From contig OY761556.1 in NCBI GenBank assembly GCA_963664705.1, forward strand, positions 5,888,001-5,952,000: a stretch of 64,000 bases of DNA, given 5' to 3'. Of the stretch, positions 50,986-61,095 are shown in pieces. The translations under genes were made by a program, and so were the position numbers. The stretch comes from Acidobacteriota bacterium. Its GTDB lineage: Bacteria; Acidobacteriota; UBA6911. The notes beneath the pieces were generated by a model. The model did no database searches, was not told the DNA's origin, and saw only the letters and a program-made list of their open reading frames with translations. Numbering within the stretch: position 1 is the first letter of the stretch; each line of letters opens with the position of its first letter.

Positions 50986-51087
50986 ATCGGGGCAACTTTG
51001 ACCACTCGGCGCTGGACGGATTGATGGCAGCCCGGAGGCTGCATATGGAATCGCAGGTCCGTTTATCCAATGCTGTGTTGCCCCGGT
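50986..51087 (+). ncRNA. Candidate structured RNA (unassigned)
   Basis: Nested stems CGGGGCAAC/GTTGCCCCG, CGGCGCTGGA/TCCAATGCTG, CGGA/TCCG and hairpin GCAGCC-CGGA-GGCTGC. Confidence 0.35.
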
Positions 51088-51284
51088 TGTCTCCCATAAT
51101 TCAAAGAAGCCGGTTTGCCTGTTTTGCGAAACAGTCCGGGATGCTTAGAATTTATTAAGATGGCTAATAGCATTATTAGAATTCATGTCAGGAAGTCTTG
51201 ACCTGCGACATTCCTATATCGTAAATAAATGTACCACAATGTGGTGAGTAGGCTGTGTTTCATTGGATTAGTTAGAGGAAATAT

Positions 51285-51755
51285 ATGGATCGACCTTCAG
51301 TACTAAGGCTTGTGATCACAATTATTGCTCTCATTTTCGTCATAGGGATCAATATGGCTGCGGATGATCCGTTTCTCGGCACATGGAAAATCAACACAGC
51401 CAAATCAAAATTGGCTTCAGTGCCTAAGAGTGACAAGGCAACAATCCAGGCTACTGATAACGGGTTGAAGGTGGTAAGAGACAACATTGAAGCAAACGGG
51501 AAGGCTACCCATACGGAAAACATTTATCGGTTTGATGGCCGGGGATACGCAGACGCTACGGACTCTGAATTGTTAACAGCCTGCAATAAAATTGATGTGA
51601 ACAGCTTTCTCTGCATTGCCAGGAAGAATGGGAAAGAAGTGTACCGGCTTTATGACTCCATCTCTAATGACGGCAAAATGGGGACCATAATTTTCCACAA
51701 CCAAAGCAGCAATGGTCAGGATGCTCTTGGCATTCGGGTGTACGACAAGCAATAA
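51285..51755 (+). CDS. Secreted beta-barrel (lipocalin-like) hypothetical protein
   Basis: Signal peptide, DPFLGTWKINTAKS, SNDGKM, VYDKQ. Confidence 0.8.
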   Translation: MDRPSVLRLVITIIALIFVIGINMAADDPFLGTWKINTAKSKLASVPKSDKATIQATDNGLKVVRDNIEANGKATHTENIYRFDGRGYADATDSELLTACNKIDVNSFLCIARKNGKEVYRLYDSISNDGKMGTIIFHNQSSNGQDALGIRVYDKQ

Positions 51756-51873
51756 GCCATAATTGGGAACCTGACCAGCCGAACTAGATACATTTTTCGA
51801 ATCGTGCCACGGCTGAATCTGCAATTTATCAGTATTGCTTGAATTTCAGGGGTGAGCAGGTAATTGCCTTCTT

Positions 51874-52355
51874 GCGCCCCTGCCGGGGCTCGTTTATTCC
51901 CTGATCAAGAACCAGGGGTTCGCTGCGCTCACCCCTGGCTACCTTCTATCGGGCCTCCGGCCCTGTTGCCTCTCTCGCGTCGCAGAACTCAGAACAATTA
52001 CTTTGTGGCATCAGCGCCATGCACGCAGCAGTGAGCCCCGGCTTAATATCAATAGCCGTGAAGGGGCGTTTTGGGGGAATTGCGCGCTGGGAGCACTGCC
52101 GTCCCGGCTGATGCTGCATACTATTTTGCAATCAAATCAGCCCCGGCGAGGGCGATCAGCAAGTAGCCAGGGGTGAGCGTAGCGAACCCCTGGAATAGGA
52201 CAGGAAAGGCGGAGCTCTGGCAGGGGTGAAAGCATGGTTTGCTCAACGCAAGAGCAGTTCATTGCGGATAACATTTCAGGAAGAATGCAGGGATCGGGAA
52301 CCTGGGGGTTCGCTACGCTTACCCCTGGCTACTCTCTATCGGACCTCCGGCCCTG
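51874..52355. repeat. Cluster of three palindromic REP-like elements (IS200/IS605-associated type)
   Basis: Core CCAGGGGTTCGCTGCGCTCACCCCTGGCTA at 51912-51941; inverted copy within 52138-52232; direct partial copy within 52299-52355; GCCCC-n-GGGGC side hairpins. Confidence 0.85.
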
Positions 52356-52696
52356 ACTAATCAGAGCCAATTCCGCACCATAAAATGGGGGCCGGCGCGG
52401 CCAATCAGCCTCGGGGATTATCGGTTGATGATGTCCGGAGGATCTCATATGCTAACGCAGAAAAACAACCGGTTGCATGCCCGCACATCGGGGGTTGAGG
52501 CTAATATAGGGCAAGTCCGGTCTCGATGGAGTGACGGCAGGCCCCTCATGGGCAGGCTTGCCTGCCGGATTCATAAACCGGGATGTGCACATAGGATTGG
52601 CTGGTTTCGGTGATTTCAACTACTGGGGTTCGACAACAGAAGAGTCTTGAGCGCGGCTCCGTGCATGCCGCAAAACGATAATCAGGAGTTCAATCG

Positions 52697-54271
52697 ATGG
52701 AAAGAACCAATCGCATTATTTTCAATATGCTGATTTTAGCGATCTTTCTGACAGGATCAGCGCTTTCGCAATCCAACGGGCCTGATTGTGCCGTCATGAT
52801 GAAAGCGCAGATACCCGGCGTTACAATCCAGAAAGCGGAACAGATACCGGCCCAGGCGGCAGGCAGCGCCCCGAAATCCGGCACGATGCCGAATGGTCCA
52901 CAGGTGGCCATGCCATCCTACTGCCGCGTCGATGGGATTGTTGATGCTCGCAAAGGGGTCAGTGGCGTCGATTACGGAATTGGATTTGCTGTTGCACTGC
53001 CCGCGAGCTGGAGCGGACGACTTCTGCTTCAGGGTGGGGGCGGAATGAACGGAAGTGTATCCATGCCCATAGGCCTCCAGGCTGCCGGAGAAATCCCTGC
53101 ATTGACCCGAGGATATGCCGTTATTTCCATGGACAGCGGGCACAAAGGCAAGGGAGGTTTCGATGGCAGTTTCTATGCTGACCAGAAGGCCGCGCTCGAT
53201 TTTTATTACCTGGCCGTTGGCCGGATTACCGTAGTTGCCAAGGAAATAGTAAAGCAGTTCTATGGGAAACCTGCTGCGTACTCCTATTTTTCCGGATGCT
53301 CGACCGGGGGAAGGGAAGGAATGATTATTACGCAACGCTACCCGGAGTATTTTGACGGCGTCGTCATCGGGAATCCGGCAATGCGCGCCGGCTACTCCAA
53401 CCTGGCGCTGGCGCACCTCGGCGAGGTTTTCAGCAATGCCGCTCCGAAGGATGCTTCCGGCAAGGGAGATCCTGCGAAGCTGTTTAGCTCCTCGGACAAA
53501 CAGCTTATAAAGGCGTCGCTTCTGAACGCCTGTGATGAGAAGGATGGATTGAAAGACGGCATGATCTTTAATCCTGCGGCGTGCAACTATGATCCCGCGA
53601 TCCTGGCCTGCAAGGGGGAGAAAGCCGAGAGCTGCCTGACTGTGGCGCAGGTAGAGGCGCTGAAGACCGCATTCGCCGGCCCGAAGGATCCGTTCGGAAA
53701 TGATATCTATGTGCCCTTTCCTTACGATGTGGGCATTGCCGATACGAAAGCCTCCATTCCCGGCCTGCTGTCCGGGCCGCGCATTCCGGTAGCCCAGCCC
53801 TCCATTGATGGGAAATTTGATGCTGCCCGCCTCGCTGCTCAGATGGATAGGGATCTGTCAACCCGCATGGGGGACAGCCTTTGGACCAACCTGAGCACCT
53901 TTGCCTCGCACGGCAAGGTAATCTATTACCATGGAACCAGTGACGCATGGTTCTCATCGAATGACACTTTTGATTACTACAAAAAAATGACAGCCGAAAC
54001 GGGCGGAGAGGATAAGGCGCAGGATTGGTCCAGATTCTACTTCGTTCCGGGAATGGCACATTGCCGGGGCGGCGAATCGGCGCTGGACAGCTTTGATATG
54101 CTGGGGCCCATTGCGGATTGGGTAGAGAAAGGCGTTGTTCCGGAAGGCGTCCTGGCGACCGGTCAAACGCTGCCGGGCCGTTCCCGTCCACTCTGCCCCT
54201 ATCCAACCCACACGCAGTACAAGGGACAGGGTGATCCTCAGGACGCGAAAAACTTCGAGTGCAAAAAATAG
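52697..54271 (+). CDS. Tannase/feruloyl esterase family alpha/beta hydrolase, secreted
   Basis: GCSTGG, YHGTSD and PGMAHCRGG (CS-D-HC), RPLCPYP. Confidence 0.93.
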   Translation: MERTNRIIFNMLILAIFLTGSALSQSNGPDCAVMMKAQIPGVTIQKAEQIPAQAAGSAPKSGTMPNGPQVAMPSYCRVDGIVDARKGVSGVDYGIGFAVALPASWSGRLLLQGGGGMNGSVSMPIGLQAAGEIPALTRGYAVISMDSGHKGKGGFDGSFYADQKAALDFYYLAVGRITVVAKEIVKQFYGKPAAYSYFSGCSTGGREGMIITQRYPEYFDGVVIGNPAMRAGYSNLALAHLGEVFSNAAPKDASGKGDPAKLFSSSDKQLIKASLLNACDEKDGLKDGMIFNPAACNYDPAILACKGEKAESCLTVAQVEALKTAFAGPKDPFGNDIYVPFPYDVGIADTKASIPGLLSGPRIPVAQPSIDGKFDAARLAAQMDRDLSTRMGDSLWTNLSTFASHGKVIYYHGTSDAWFSSNDTFDYYKKMTAETGGEDKAQDWSRFYFVPGMAHCRGGESALDSFDMLGPIADWVEKGVVPEGVLATGQTLPGRSRPLCPYPTHTQYKGQGDPQDAKNFECKK

Positions 54272-54380
54272 TGAACTCCCGACCATCCCCGGTGAACGGG
54301 TGCTCGGAAGACGTAAGTGGCTGTGTTGGTGCGTGAGGCACATGTTGCCGCATGCCCCGTCAGAATTCCGGGAGATCCTT

Positions 54381-54713
54381 ATGAATATCCAGATTTTCGG
54401 AAAATTAAAATGCCAGGACACGAAAAAGGCACAAAGATATTTCAAGGAAAGGCGCATCCTCTTCCAATTCATCGATATCACCCGAAAAGGATTGAGTAAG
54501 GGCGAACTGAATAGCATCAAGGCGGCTGTGGGAATCGATAACCTCATGGACCGGGAAGGCAAGGCCTATGCCGAGAAAAACCTGAAATACCTGATCCATG
54601 ATATTGAAGAGGAGCTTCTCAAAGATTCGATGCTTCTCAAGACGCCTGTGGTCAGAAATGGCCGTGAAGCGACTGTGGGTTATCAGCCGGATGTGTGGAA
54701 GGAATGGAAGTAG
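54381..54713 (+). CDS. ArsC/Spx (YffB-like) family protein
   Basis: MNIQIFGKLKCQDTKKAQRYFKER...LLKTPVVRNG. Confidence 0.9.
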   Translation: MNIQIFGKLKCQDTKKAQRYFKERRILFQFIDITRKGLSKGELNSIKAAVGIDNLMDREGKAYAEKNLKYLIHDIEEELLKDSMLLKTPVVRNGREATVGYQPDVWKEWK

Positions 54714-54793
54714 GGCTATACAGAGTTGTTTCCTGAAATAGCCAGTAGTTTGCTCTCAAGTTGGTGATTACAAAAAACGGGAAAGGATCAGCG

Positions 54794-55525
54794 ATGAATC
54801 CGGAAGCGATGCGTCCTTACGGTTTATGCCTGCTTGATTATTTTGAGGGCAATAAATCGGCAGCGATGTCGATTATCAGAGATGACGGTTTCGTTGCCTC
54901 TCTGCCTGCCTCCGGCTTTTTTCGTGATCCTCGGGAATTTGAAATTGAAAAGGCTGCCCTGGATTTGGCCAGCGGCCGGGTTCTGGATGCGGGTGCAGGA
55001 ACCGGAATTCACAGCAAATACCTGCAGGACCAGGGACTCTCCGTTTGCGCCGTCGATCTTTTGCCGGAAACCGTGCATATAATGCGCAAGAGGGGAGTGC
55101 TCGATGTGCGCCAGGCGGATATCACGTCCTTCAAAGGCGAAAAATTCGATACGGTCATTATGATGGGGCATGGTATCGGGGTAGTGGAAGATCTTTCCGG
55201 GTTAAGCCGTTTTTTGGATAGCGCGAAAGGTCTGCTTGCGCCTGAAGGGCAAATTCTGTTGACTTCCGTGGATGTACGCTGCAGCAAGGAGCCGAAAGAT
55301 ATATCCTACCAGGAGAAGATTTCCAGGGCAGGCAGGTATTTCGGCGAGATTCGAATGCAAATCAAGTATGGAGATATTGTCGGCTCTCTGTGCGGGTGGC
55401 TCCAGGTTGATATTCAAACGTTAACAGGACATGCCCGTCAGTTTGGTTGGGATTGCCGGGAAATATTCCAGCAGGATGATGGGAATTACCTGGCTCGATT
55501 GTGTCTGCTCAAAGAGCCCTCATAG
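54794..55525 (+). CDS. Class I SAM-dependent methyltransferase
   Basis: VLDAGAGTG, FDTVIMMG. Confidence 0.9.
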   Translation: MNPEAMRPYGLCLLDYFEGNKSAAMSIIRDDGFVASLPASGFFRDPREFEIEKAALDLASGRVLDAGAGTGIHSKYLQDQGLSVCAVDLLPETVHIMRKRGVLDVRQADITSFKGEKFDTVIMMGHGIGVVEDLSGLSRFLDSAKGLLAPEGQILLTSVDVRCSKEPKDISYQEKISRAGRYFGEIRMQIKYGDIVGSLCGWLQVDIQTLTGHARQFGWDCREIFQQDDGNYLARLCLLKEPS

Positions 55526-55668
55526 GGGCGAAAGAAAAACGTCTGAAAAAAAGTAAATGTCATTAGGCGCTTCACAGGCAGGAGCGCGGCCTCTTCCATG
55601 GCGCTCCCAGTGCAGGCTGAGCAGAAGAGGATACAATTTCGGATATTGTTGCCATAGGGAGAAAAATC

Positions 55669-56205
55669 ATGCGCATCCTGATAGGACTTCTGTTGGCCGC
55701 TGCCATGCTGACACTGTGCGGCTGCTTCGAAATGCCTTCGGTTTACCCGCTTTATACCGACCAGACAACCGTGGCGGAACCCCGGTTGTTGGGTGCCTGG
55801 CAGAGCAAAGACGGCAAGGATCAAATCTTCGTAAAGCTGGTGGGGGATCGCGATTACCGGCTCACCCATATTAACGATGATGGTGAAGCATCGCTGTGGA
55901 GACTGAGAGCGGTCAAGATTGGCGAGACGTCAGTCGCGGACATGGTGAAGATTACAGAAGACGCCAGTATTCCCGCTCATCATTTTTTAGCCCTGTCGTT
56001 CCAGGGCGGACTGCTTAAAGCCTGGTACCTGGATTCGAGTGCGCTGCGCGAAAGAGCCGTAAAGGAAGATCTGGCTTACGTGCATGGCGACAAAAAGGAG
56101 ACAGTGCTGACCGCACGAACGGAGTCGATTGTTGCATTTCTACAGAAGAACCTTGCCGCAGAGATGAAGAAGAACGCCGATCTGGAGTTTCTTCCCATGA
56201 AATAA
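55669..56205 (+). CDS. Hypothetical lipoprotein
   Basis: LCGC lipobox; SVYPLYT...LLGAW. Confidence 0.8.
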   Translation: MRILIGLLLAAAMLTLCGCFEMPSVYPLYTDQTTVAEPRLLGAWQSKDGKDQIFVKLVGDRDYRLTHINDDGEASLWRLRAVKIGETSVADMVKITEDASIPAHHFLALSFQGGLLKAWYLDSSALRERAVKEDLAYVHGDKKETVLTARTESIVAFLQKNLAAEMKKNADLEFLPMK

Positions 56206-56291
56206 CTGCAGCGGCCCCGGGACCGCCGGCTCAGTCGTGCTTCTCAAATTTGGAAATTGCGCGGCCGGCGGCAGATCTGTATAAAGGAAGG

Positions 56292-57002
56292 ATGAGTATC
56301 GGGAGCGACAATCCGTTCGATTATTTTGACAGAATTTACTGCATCAACCTGGACAGCCGGCCGGAGAGGTGGGCTGCCGCCCGGATTGAATTCTCCAAAT
56401 TAGGAATACAGGACCGGGTCGAGAGAATCAGTGGAGTTCTCTGCACAGATCCCCATGAAGGATGTGCGCGGGCTCATCTCAAAGTGATCGAGCAGGCCAA
56501 ACAACTGCGGTTGTCTAACTGCCTCATCTTTGAGGATGATCTTTGGATACCGGAGGATGGAATGGTGGCGCTGGATTCCGCAATCCGGGAAATCTCGGGT
56601 CTGGATTGGGATTTGTTCTATGTGGGTGGAACGACGGTCACTCCTGCCTACCAGGTGTCGCCTTACCTCGCAAAAGCCACGGGCGTCTACTCCACGCAAT
56701 CCTATGCCATCAGCGCTCGGATGTATGATACCGTTCTCAATTCCTGGCATCCGCCCACGGTCTATGATCTCTTCCTGGCTCATGAGATGGCTCCGACCCA
56801 TCAATGTTATATAACAATTCCCCTGGTCGTTTATCAGAGCACGGGATATTCGGACATTGAAAACCGGATCGTCGACTACAGAAAAATGATGGATAGAAAC
56901 TATGCCCGCGACCTGGTCCGGGGCGTTGATGGGAAAGGAGGAATCTGGCGGCTGCCGACCGCCCGAGCTCCCCGGCGTCAATCAGGGGAGGCTGGGGAAT
57001 AG
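56292..57002 (+). CDS. Glycosyltransferase family 25-like
   Basis: YCINLDSRPERW, GCARAH, LIFEDD, WDLFYVG, YSDIE. Confidence 0.88.
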   Translation: MSIGSDNPFDYFDRIYCINLDSRPERWAAARIEFSKLGIQDRVERISGVLCTDPHEGCARAHLKVIEQAKQLRLSNCLIFEDDLWIPEDGMVALDSAIREISGLDWDLFYVGGTTVTPAYQVSPYLAKATGVYSTQSYAISARMYDTVLNSWHPPTVYDLFLAHEMAPTHQCYITIPLVVYQSTGYSDIENRIVDYRKMMDRNYARDLVRGVDGKGGIWRLPTARAPRRQSGEAGE

Positions 57003-57938
57003 AACCCCTGCCATCGAAAGCACACGGTTTTCATAGGTGTGGAGTTCCAGGACTTTCCGGTGCCCGGCCTGGGCGATCTCCTCGCATATCCGGTCATTGG
57101 CCAGAAGAGCTTCCGCTTTGGCAAACAGCTCCTCTTCCGAGCGATAAAAAAACAGATGTTGTCCATCGGAGAAGAGCTCCTCCAGCCCGCTCCCGTTTGC
57201 CGGATCGGCAAGAACAGGAGTTCCGCAGGCCATGGCTTCAAAAATTCTCCGGCTCAGCTTGTCCCTGGTGTCATTCCAGACAATCCTGGATTCCGAATAG
57301 AAGGCGGCGGCATCCTCCAGGATGTGCCACTCGAAACAGAGCTGGTATCGCGAAAACAACTTTTCCAGCAGGCTTTGGCGATGTGGTGGACAAACTCTGC
57401 CGACCAGGGCAAGCGAGTGGATTCTTCTGGTATTGCGGTCCCGGTACATCTGGGGATCGCATGCCACGGGGAGCCAGTGGGCATTGATGCCGGAGCGTTG
57501 AAACCGCTGCACGAACTGGCGCTGAGCCAGAAATGCCACATCAAAGTTCCGCCCCCAGTGAAGATGACTGCTCACGCGCAGGTCCGGCTGGCTGATATGT
57601 GTATTGATGAGGTAGCAGGCCTTCGGACATTGAAGCCGGGAAAGATCAATGCCGAATTGCACTCCCGATTCAATCCACAGAAAGGCATCCGGCTTCCATC
57701 CCGGGGCGTGACAGGCAAGAGCATCTGCCGGGTCTGTGGAGTCATATGGAATATCGGGCCGGATTATTTGTCCGCGGAGAGAGGCTAGTCCCTGCAGTTC
57801 CAGGATTGCGTCATCCGCCGGCGGTCCCCAGGTCCGGACATCGTATCGTTTTCTTAGTGCTTGTTCGATATGCCAGGCAACCGAGCCGGGATACGGGCAG
57901 TAAGACAGAAGTATCTTCTTGCGCACCTCTGAATTCAT
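56982..57938 (-). CDS. CgeB-like GT-B glycosyltransferase
   Basis: WLPVACDP, FYSESRIVWN, RIFEAMACG, HTYENR. Confidence 0.85.
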   Translation of the reverse strand: MNSEVRKKILLSYCPYPGSVAWHIEQALRKRYDVRTWGPPADDAILELQGLASLRGQIIRPDIPYDSTDPADALACHAPGWKPDAFLWIESGVQFGIDLSRLQCPKACYLINTHISQPDLRVSSHLHWGRNFDVAFLAQRQFVQRFQRSGINAHWLPVACDPQMYRDRNTRRIHSLALVGRVCPPHRQSLLEKLFSRYQLCFEWHILEDAAAFYSESRIVWNDTRDKLSRRIFEAMACGTPVLADPANGSGLEELFSDGQHLFFYRSEEELFAKAEALLANDRICEEIAQAGHRKVLELHTYENRVLSMAGVLFPSLP

Positions 57939-58256
57939 CGCATAATCCTACAGCAAGCCATTGCAGTGCAACAATGCCAATTACGAGATCATGCTGCCGT
58001 CCCGGGCCGGTATTTCAATTCGCGGAAACTGGGCGATCCTTGGCTCGGCACTTGAAGAATAATTTGCTATGGAGTGTACGGGTTTGGTCTTACAATTTTG
58101 CCACGTGGAGTTCGTGAGATCGCGCAAAGCAAGGAAGCCAGAGCCCTTGATGGGCCAGATTGCAGATTGGGGGTTACGGGTTTGCGAAACAGATCTGTGT
58201 TTTGCTGCCTGTAGCCTGCAGGCCGTTCAGGAGCAGATTTACGGGAGATTGATCTT

Positions 58257-58883
58257 ATGGATGCATCGAACCTGTTCAGGAAAGTAGCGGTTGAACGCAT
58301 GTCCTCGCCTGAACAGCTCGATCAGCTGTTGAAAGTCACAACCCCGAAGAGCTGGCTTGCGCTGGCGGCGGTGATCGCCTTTTTTACGGTCGTTATCGTC
58401 TGGGGATATCAGGGCGAGCTTTCAACAAAGGTTTCCGGTGACGGGGTTTTGATTACGTCTGCTGATCCGGGAATTCAGAAACTCGAGGCCTTTCTCTTTA
58501 TTCCCTCGGCCAAAGCCAAGGAAGTACACCCCGGCATGGCGGCTGAGATTTCGCCCAGCACAGTAAGGCGGGAAGAGTATGGATATATCAAAGGCAGGGT
58601 CACGTTCGTTTCCGACTATCCTGTAACGGAAGCGGCATTGATGAAACTCTTTGACAATCCGCCGCTGGTCCGGCTTTTTGAGTCCACGGGGCCGGTGACC
58701 GAAATACGCGTGGAGATGGAGGAAGATGCCAATACCATCTCCGGCTTCCGCTGGTCGGCTCCACGCGGTGCGCCCTTGAGGCTGAGCATCGGCACGCTGT
58801 GCACGGGCGATATTGTCACGCGGAAGCAGAGACCGATCAGCCTTGTCTTCCCATCTGTCCGAGAGACCTTAGGTTTAAGGTAG
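58257..58883 (+). CDS. NHLP bacteriocin system secretion (HlyD-like) protein, shortened
   Basis: LFRKVAVERMSSPEQLDQLL, PSTVRREEYGYIKG, SGFRWS, QRPISLVFP. Confidence 0.88.
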   Translation: MDASNLFRKVAVERMSSPEQLDQLLKVTTPKSWLALAAVIAFFTVVIVWGYQGELSTKVSGDGVLITSADPGIQKLEAFLFIPSAKAKEVHPGMAAEISPSTVRREEYGYIKGRVTFVSDYPVTEAALMKLFDNPPLVRLFESTGPVTEIRVEMEEDANTISGFRWSAPRGAPLRLSIGTLCTGDIVTRKQRPISLVFPSVRETLGLR

Positions 58884-58889
58884 TTTCGA

Positions 58890-61094
58890 ATGATTCGCTT
58901 TCCTCAGTTCACGAAGATAAGAGAGTTCCTGGCAGGGATCCTCAAGCGGAAACGGGCTCGGACTCCAACGGTCATACAAATGGAGGCGGTGGAGTGCGGG
59001 GCTGCCAGCCTGGGCATGATTCTGGGCTATCACGGCCGGTTCATTCCATTGGAGGAACTGCGCGTAGCCTGCGGCGTATCACGTGATGGCAGCAAAGCTC
59101 TCAATATCGTGAAAGCCGCGCGGTCGTTCGGCCTGCTTGCCAAAGGATACAAGAAGGAGCCGGAACAGCTGCGCTCGATGCCGCTCCCGATGATTGTTTT
59201 CTGGAACTTCAATCACTTCGTCGTGGTTGAGGGATTCAAGCGTGGCAGGGTGTACCTGAACGACCCGGGGGCTGGCCCGCGCTGGGTGTCGGATCAGGAG
59301 TTTGACGAATCCTTCACGGGCGTGGTCTTGGCTTTTGAAAAAGGACCCGATTTTAAGACGGGTGGTCATCAGGCCTCAATCCTGAAATCGCTCGGAAACC
59401 GGCTCCCCGGAAGCCGCGTTGCCCTGGCATATATCGTGCTGGCGACCCTGGCTCTTGTTTTGCCGGGAATCCTGATCGCCGTGTTCTCCAAGATTTTCGT
59501 CGATAATATTCTATTGCAGGAATCGAGATCGTGGCTGAAGCCGCTGCTGATGGCCATGGTGGTAACCGCAATCGTTCGCGGATTACTGACCTTTTTCCAG
59601 CAGCGCAACCTGCTCCGCATGGAAATGAAGCTGGCCCTTGGGGCATCGAGCCGTTTCTTCTGGCACATTCTGCGGCTGCCCATGGAGTTCTTCGCCCAGC
59701 GATTTGCCGGCGACATCGCTTCGCGCATTCAGATCAACGACAATGTGGCCGTTCTCCTCTCGGGGGATCTCGCGACAAGCCTCGTCAGCATCGTGATGAT
59801 CGGCTTTTTTGCCGGGTTGATGTTTCAGTATGACGTTGTTTTGACTTTGCTGGGCATCGCCGTGGCTCTCCTTAACTTTGGAATTCTGCGGCTGCTCGCC
59901 CGCAGGCAGCGCAGCAACAATCTGCGGCTTCTGACGCAAAGGGGGAAGCTCGCGGGTACCTCTATGGCGGGTCTCCAGGGTTTGGAAACACTGAAGGCGA
60001 CTGGAACCGAAACAGAGTTTTTCAGCACGTGGGCGGGGCACCAGGCAAAACTGGTGCAGTCTGAGCAGGACATGGCTGTCGGATCTCTCTATTTGCAGGC
60101 CGCGCCGGCCTTCCTGACATCGATCAATGCAGTGGCCGTGATTGTTTTGGGCGGATTGCGCGTCATGGATGGATTCCTGACGATGGGAATGCTGATCGCT
60201 TTCCAGACTTTGATGGCCAGCTTTATTGAACCTGTCAATCGGCTGATAGATATGGGCGGACGATTGCAGGAAGCCAAAGGCGAGATGAACCAGTTGGATG
60301 ATGTCCTTCACTATCGCCAGGACCCGATGATCTCCCAAGTACGGCCGGCTCCCACCGAAAATCCGGGGAACAAACTGCAGGGCTCCCTGGAGCTGCGCAA
60401 CTTGACCTTTGGATACAGTCGGCTGGAGCCTCCGCTGATCAAAGACTTCAGCCTGACGCTCAAACCGGGCCAGCGAGTGGCTTTGGTCGGAGGGTCCGGA
60501 AGCGGCAAGTCTACGGTGGCAAAAATGGTTGCAGGGCTGTACGAACCATGGGAAGGGGAAATTTTGTTTGATGGCGTCCGCCGACAGGAATTGCCCCGCG
60601 ATCTGATCAGCAATTCCGTTGCGATGGTGAACCAGGAGATTACGCTTTTTGAAGACACCATTCGCAACAATCTGAGCCTGTGGGACGACACGATCGAGGA
60701 ACCGGTTATTGTCAGGGCTGCGGAGGATGCGTGCATCCATGACGACATCACGGACCGGGTCAAAGGATACAACTATGTCGTGGAGGAACAGGGGCGGAAT
60801 TTCAGCGGAGGCCAGCGACAGCGGCTCGAAATTGCCAGGGCTTTGGTGGGGAACCCGAGCATTCTCGTGCTGGACGAAGCCACCAGCGCCCTGGATCCCC
60901 TCACTGAAAAGCAGGTGGACGATGCTTTGAGGCGTCGAGGCTGCACCTGCCTGATTGTGGCGCATCGTCTCAGCACGATCCGGGACTGTGATGAGATCAT
61001 TGTCCTGGATAGGGGCGCCGTTGTGGAGCGGGGCGCACATTCGGAATTAATGAGCAACGAGGGCACCTACGCCCGCCTGATACGGACGGTTTAG
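58890..61094 (+). CDS. NHLP-family ABC exporter with a C39 peptidase domain
   Basis: QMEAVECGAA, GVSRDG, NHFVV, LNDP; GGSGSGKST, FSGGQ, LDEATS. Confidence 0.95.
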   Translation: MIRFPQFTKIREFLAGILKRKRARTPTVIQMEAVECGAASLGMILGYHGRFIPLEELRVACGVSRDGSKALNIVKAARSFGLLAKGYKKEPEQLRSMPLPMIVFWNFNHFVVVEGFKRGRVYLNDPGAGPRWVSDQEFDESFTGVVLAFEKGPDFKTGGHQASILKSLGNRLPGSRVALAYIVLATLALVLPGILIAVFSKIFVDNILLQESRSWLKPLLMAMVVTAIVRGLLTFFQQRNLLRMEMKLALGASSRFFWHILRLPMEFFAQRFAGDIASRIQINDNVAVLLSGDLATSLVSIVMIGFFAGLMFQYDVVLTLLGIAVALLNFGILRLLARRQRSNNLRLLTQRGKLAGTSMAGLQGLETLKATGTETEFFSTWAGHQAKLVQSEQDMAVGSLYLQAAPAFLTSINAVAVIVLGGLRVMDGFLTMGMLIAFQTLMASFIEPVNRLIDMGGRLQEAKGEMNQLDDVLHYRQDPMISQVRPAPTENPGNKLQGSLELRNLTFGYSRLEPPLIKDFSLTLKPGQRVALVGGSGSGKSTVAKMVAGLYEPWEGEILFDGVRRQELPRDLISNSVAMVNQEITLFEDTIRNNLSLWDDTIEEPVIVRAAEDACIHDDITDRVKGYNYVVEEQGRNFSGGQRQRLEIARALVGNPSILVLDEATSALDPLTEKQVDDALRRRGCTCLIVAHRLSTIRDCDEIIVLDRGAVVERGAHSELMSNEGTYARLIRTV

Positions 61095-61095
61095 A

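Noticed and set aside
52500-52570. c-di-GMP or fluoride riboswitch upstream of the tannase gene
   Set aside because: Only fragments (GGCAAG...CTTGCC, GATGGAG) are present; the conserved cores and spacing are missing.
57940-58256. RiPP precursor ORF or sigma-54 promoter upstream of the NHLP genes
   Set aside because: The short ORFs lack NHLP/Nif11 or double-Gly leaders. TGGCTCGGCACTTGAA (58041-58056) has GA at -12, too weak to call.
59583-61040. 485-aa minus-strand ORF (likewise 33560..34696 + and 4240..4824 -)
   Set aside because: Antisense to well-supported genes; a codon-bias artefact.
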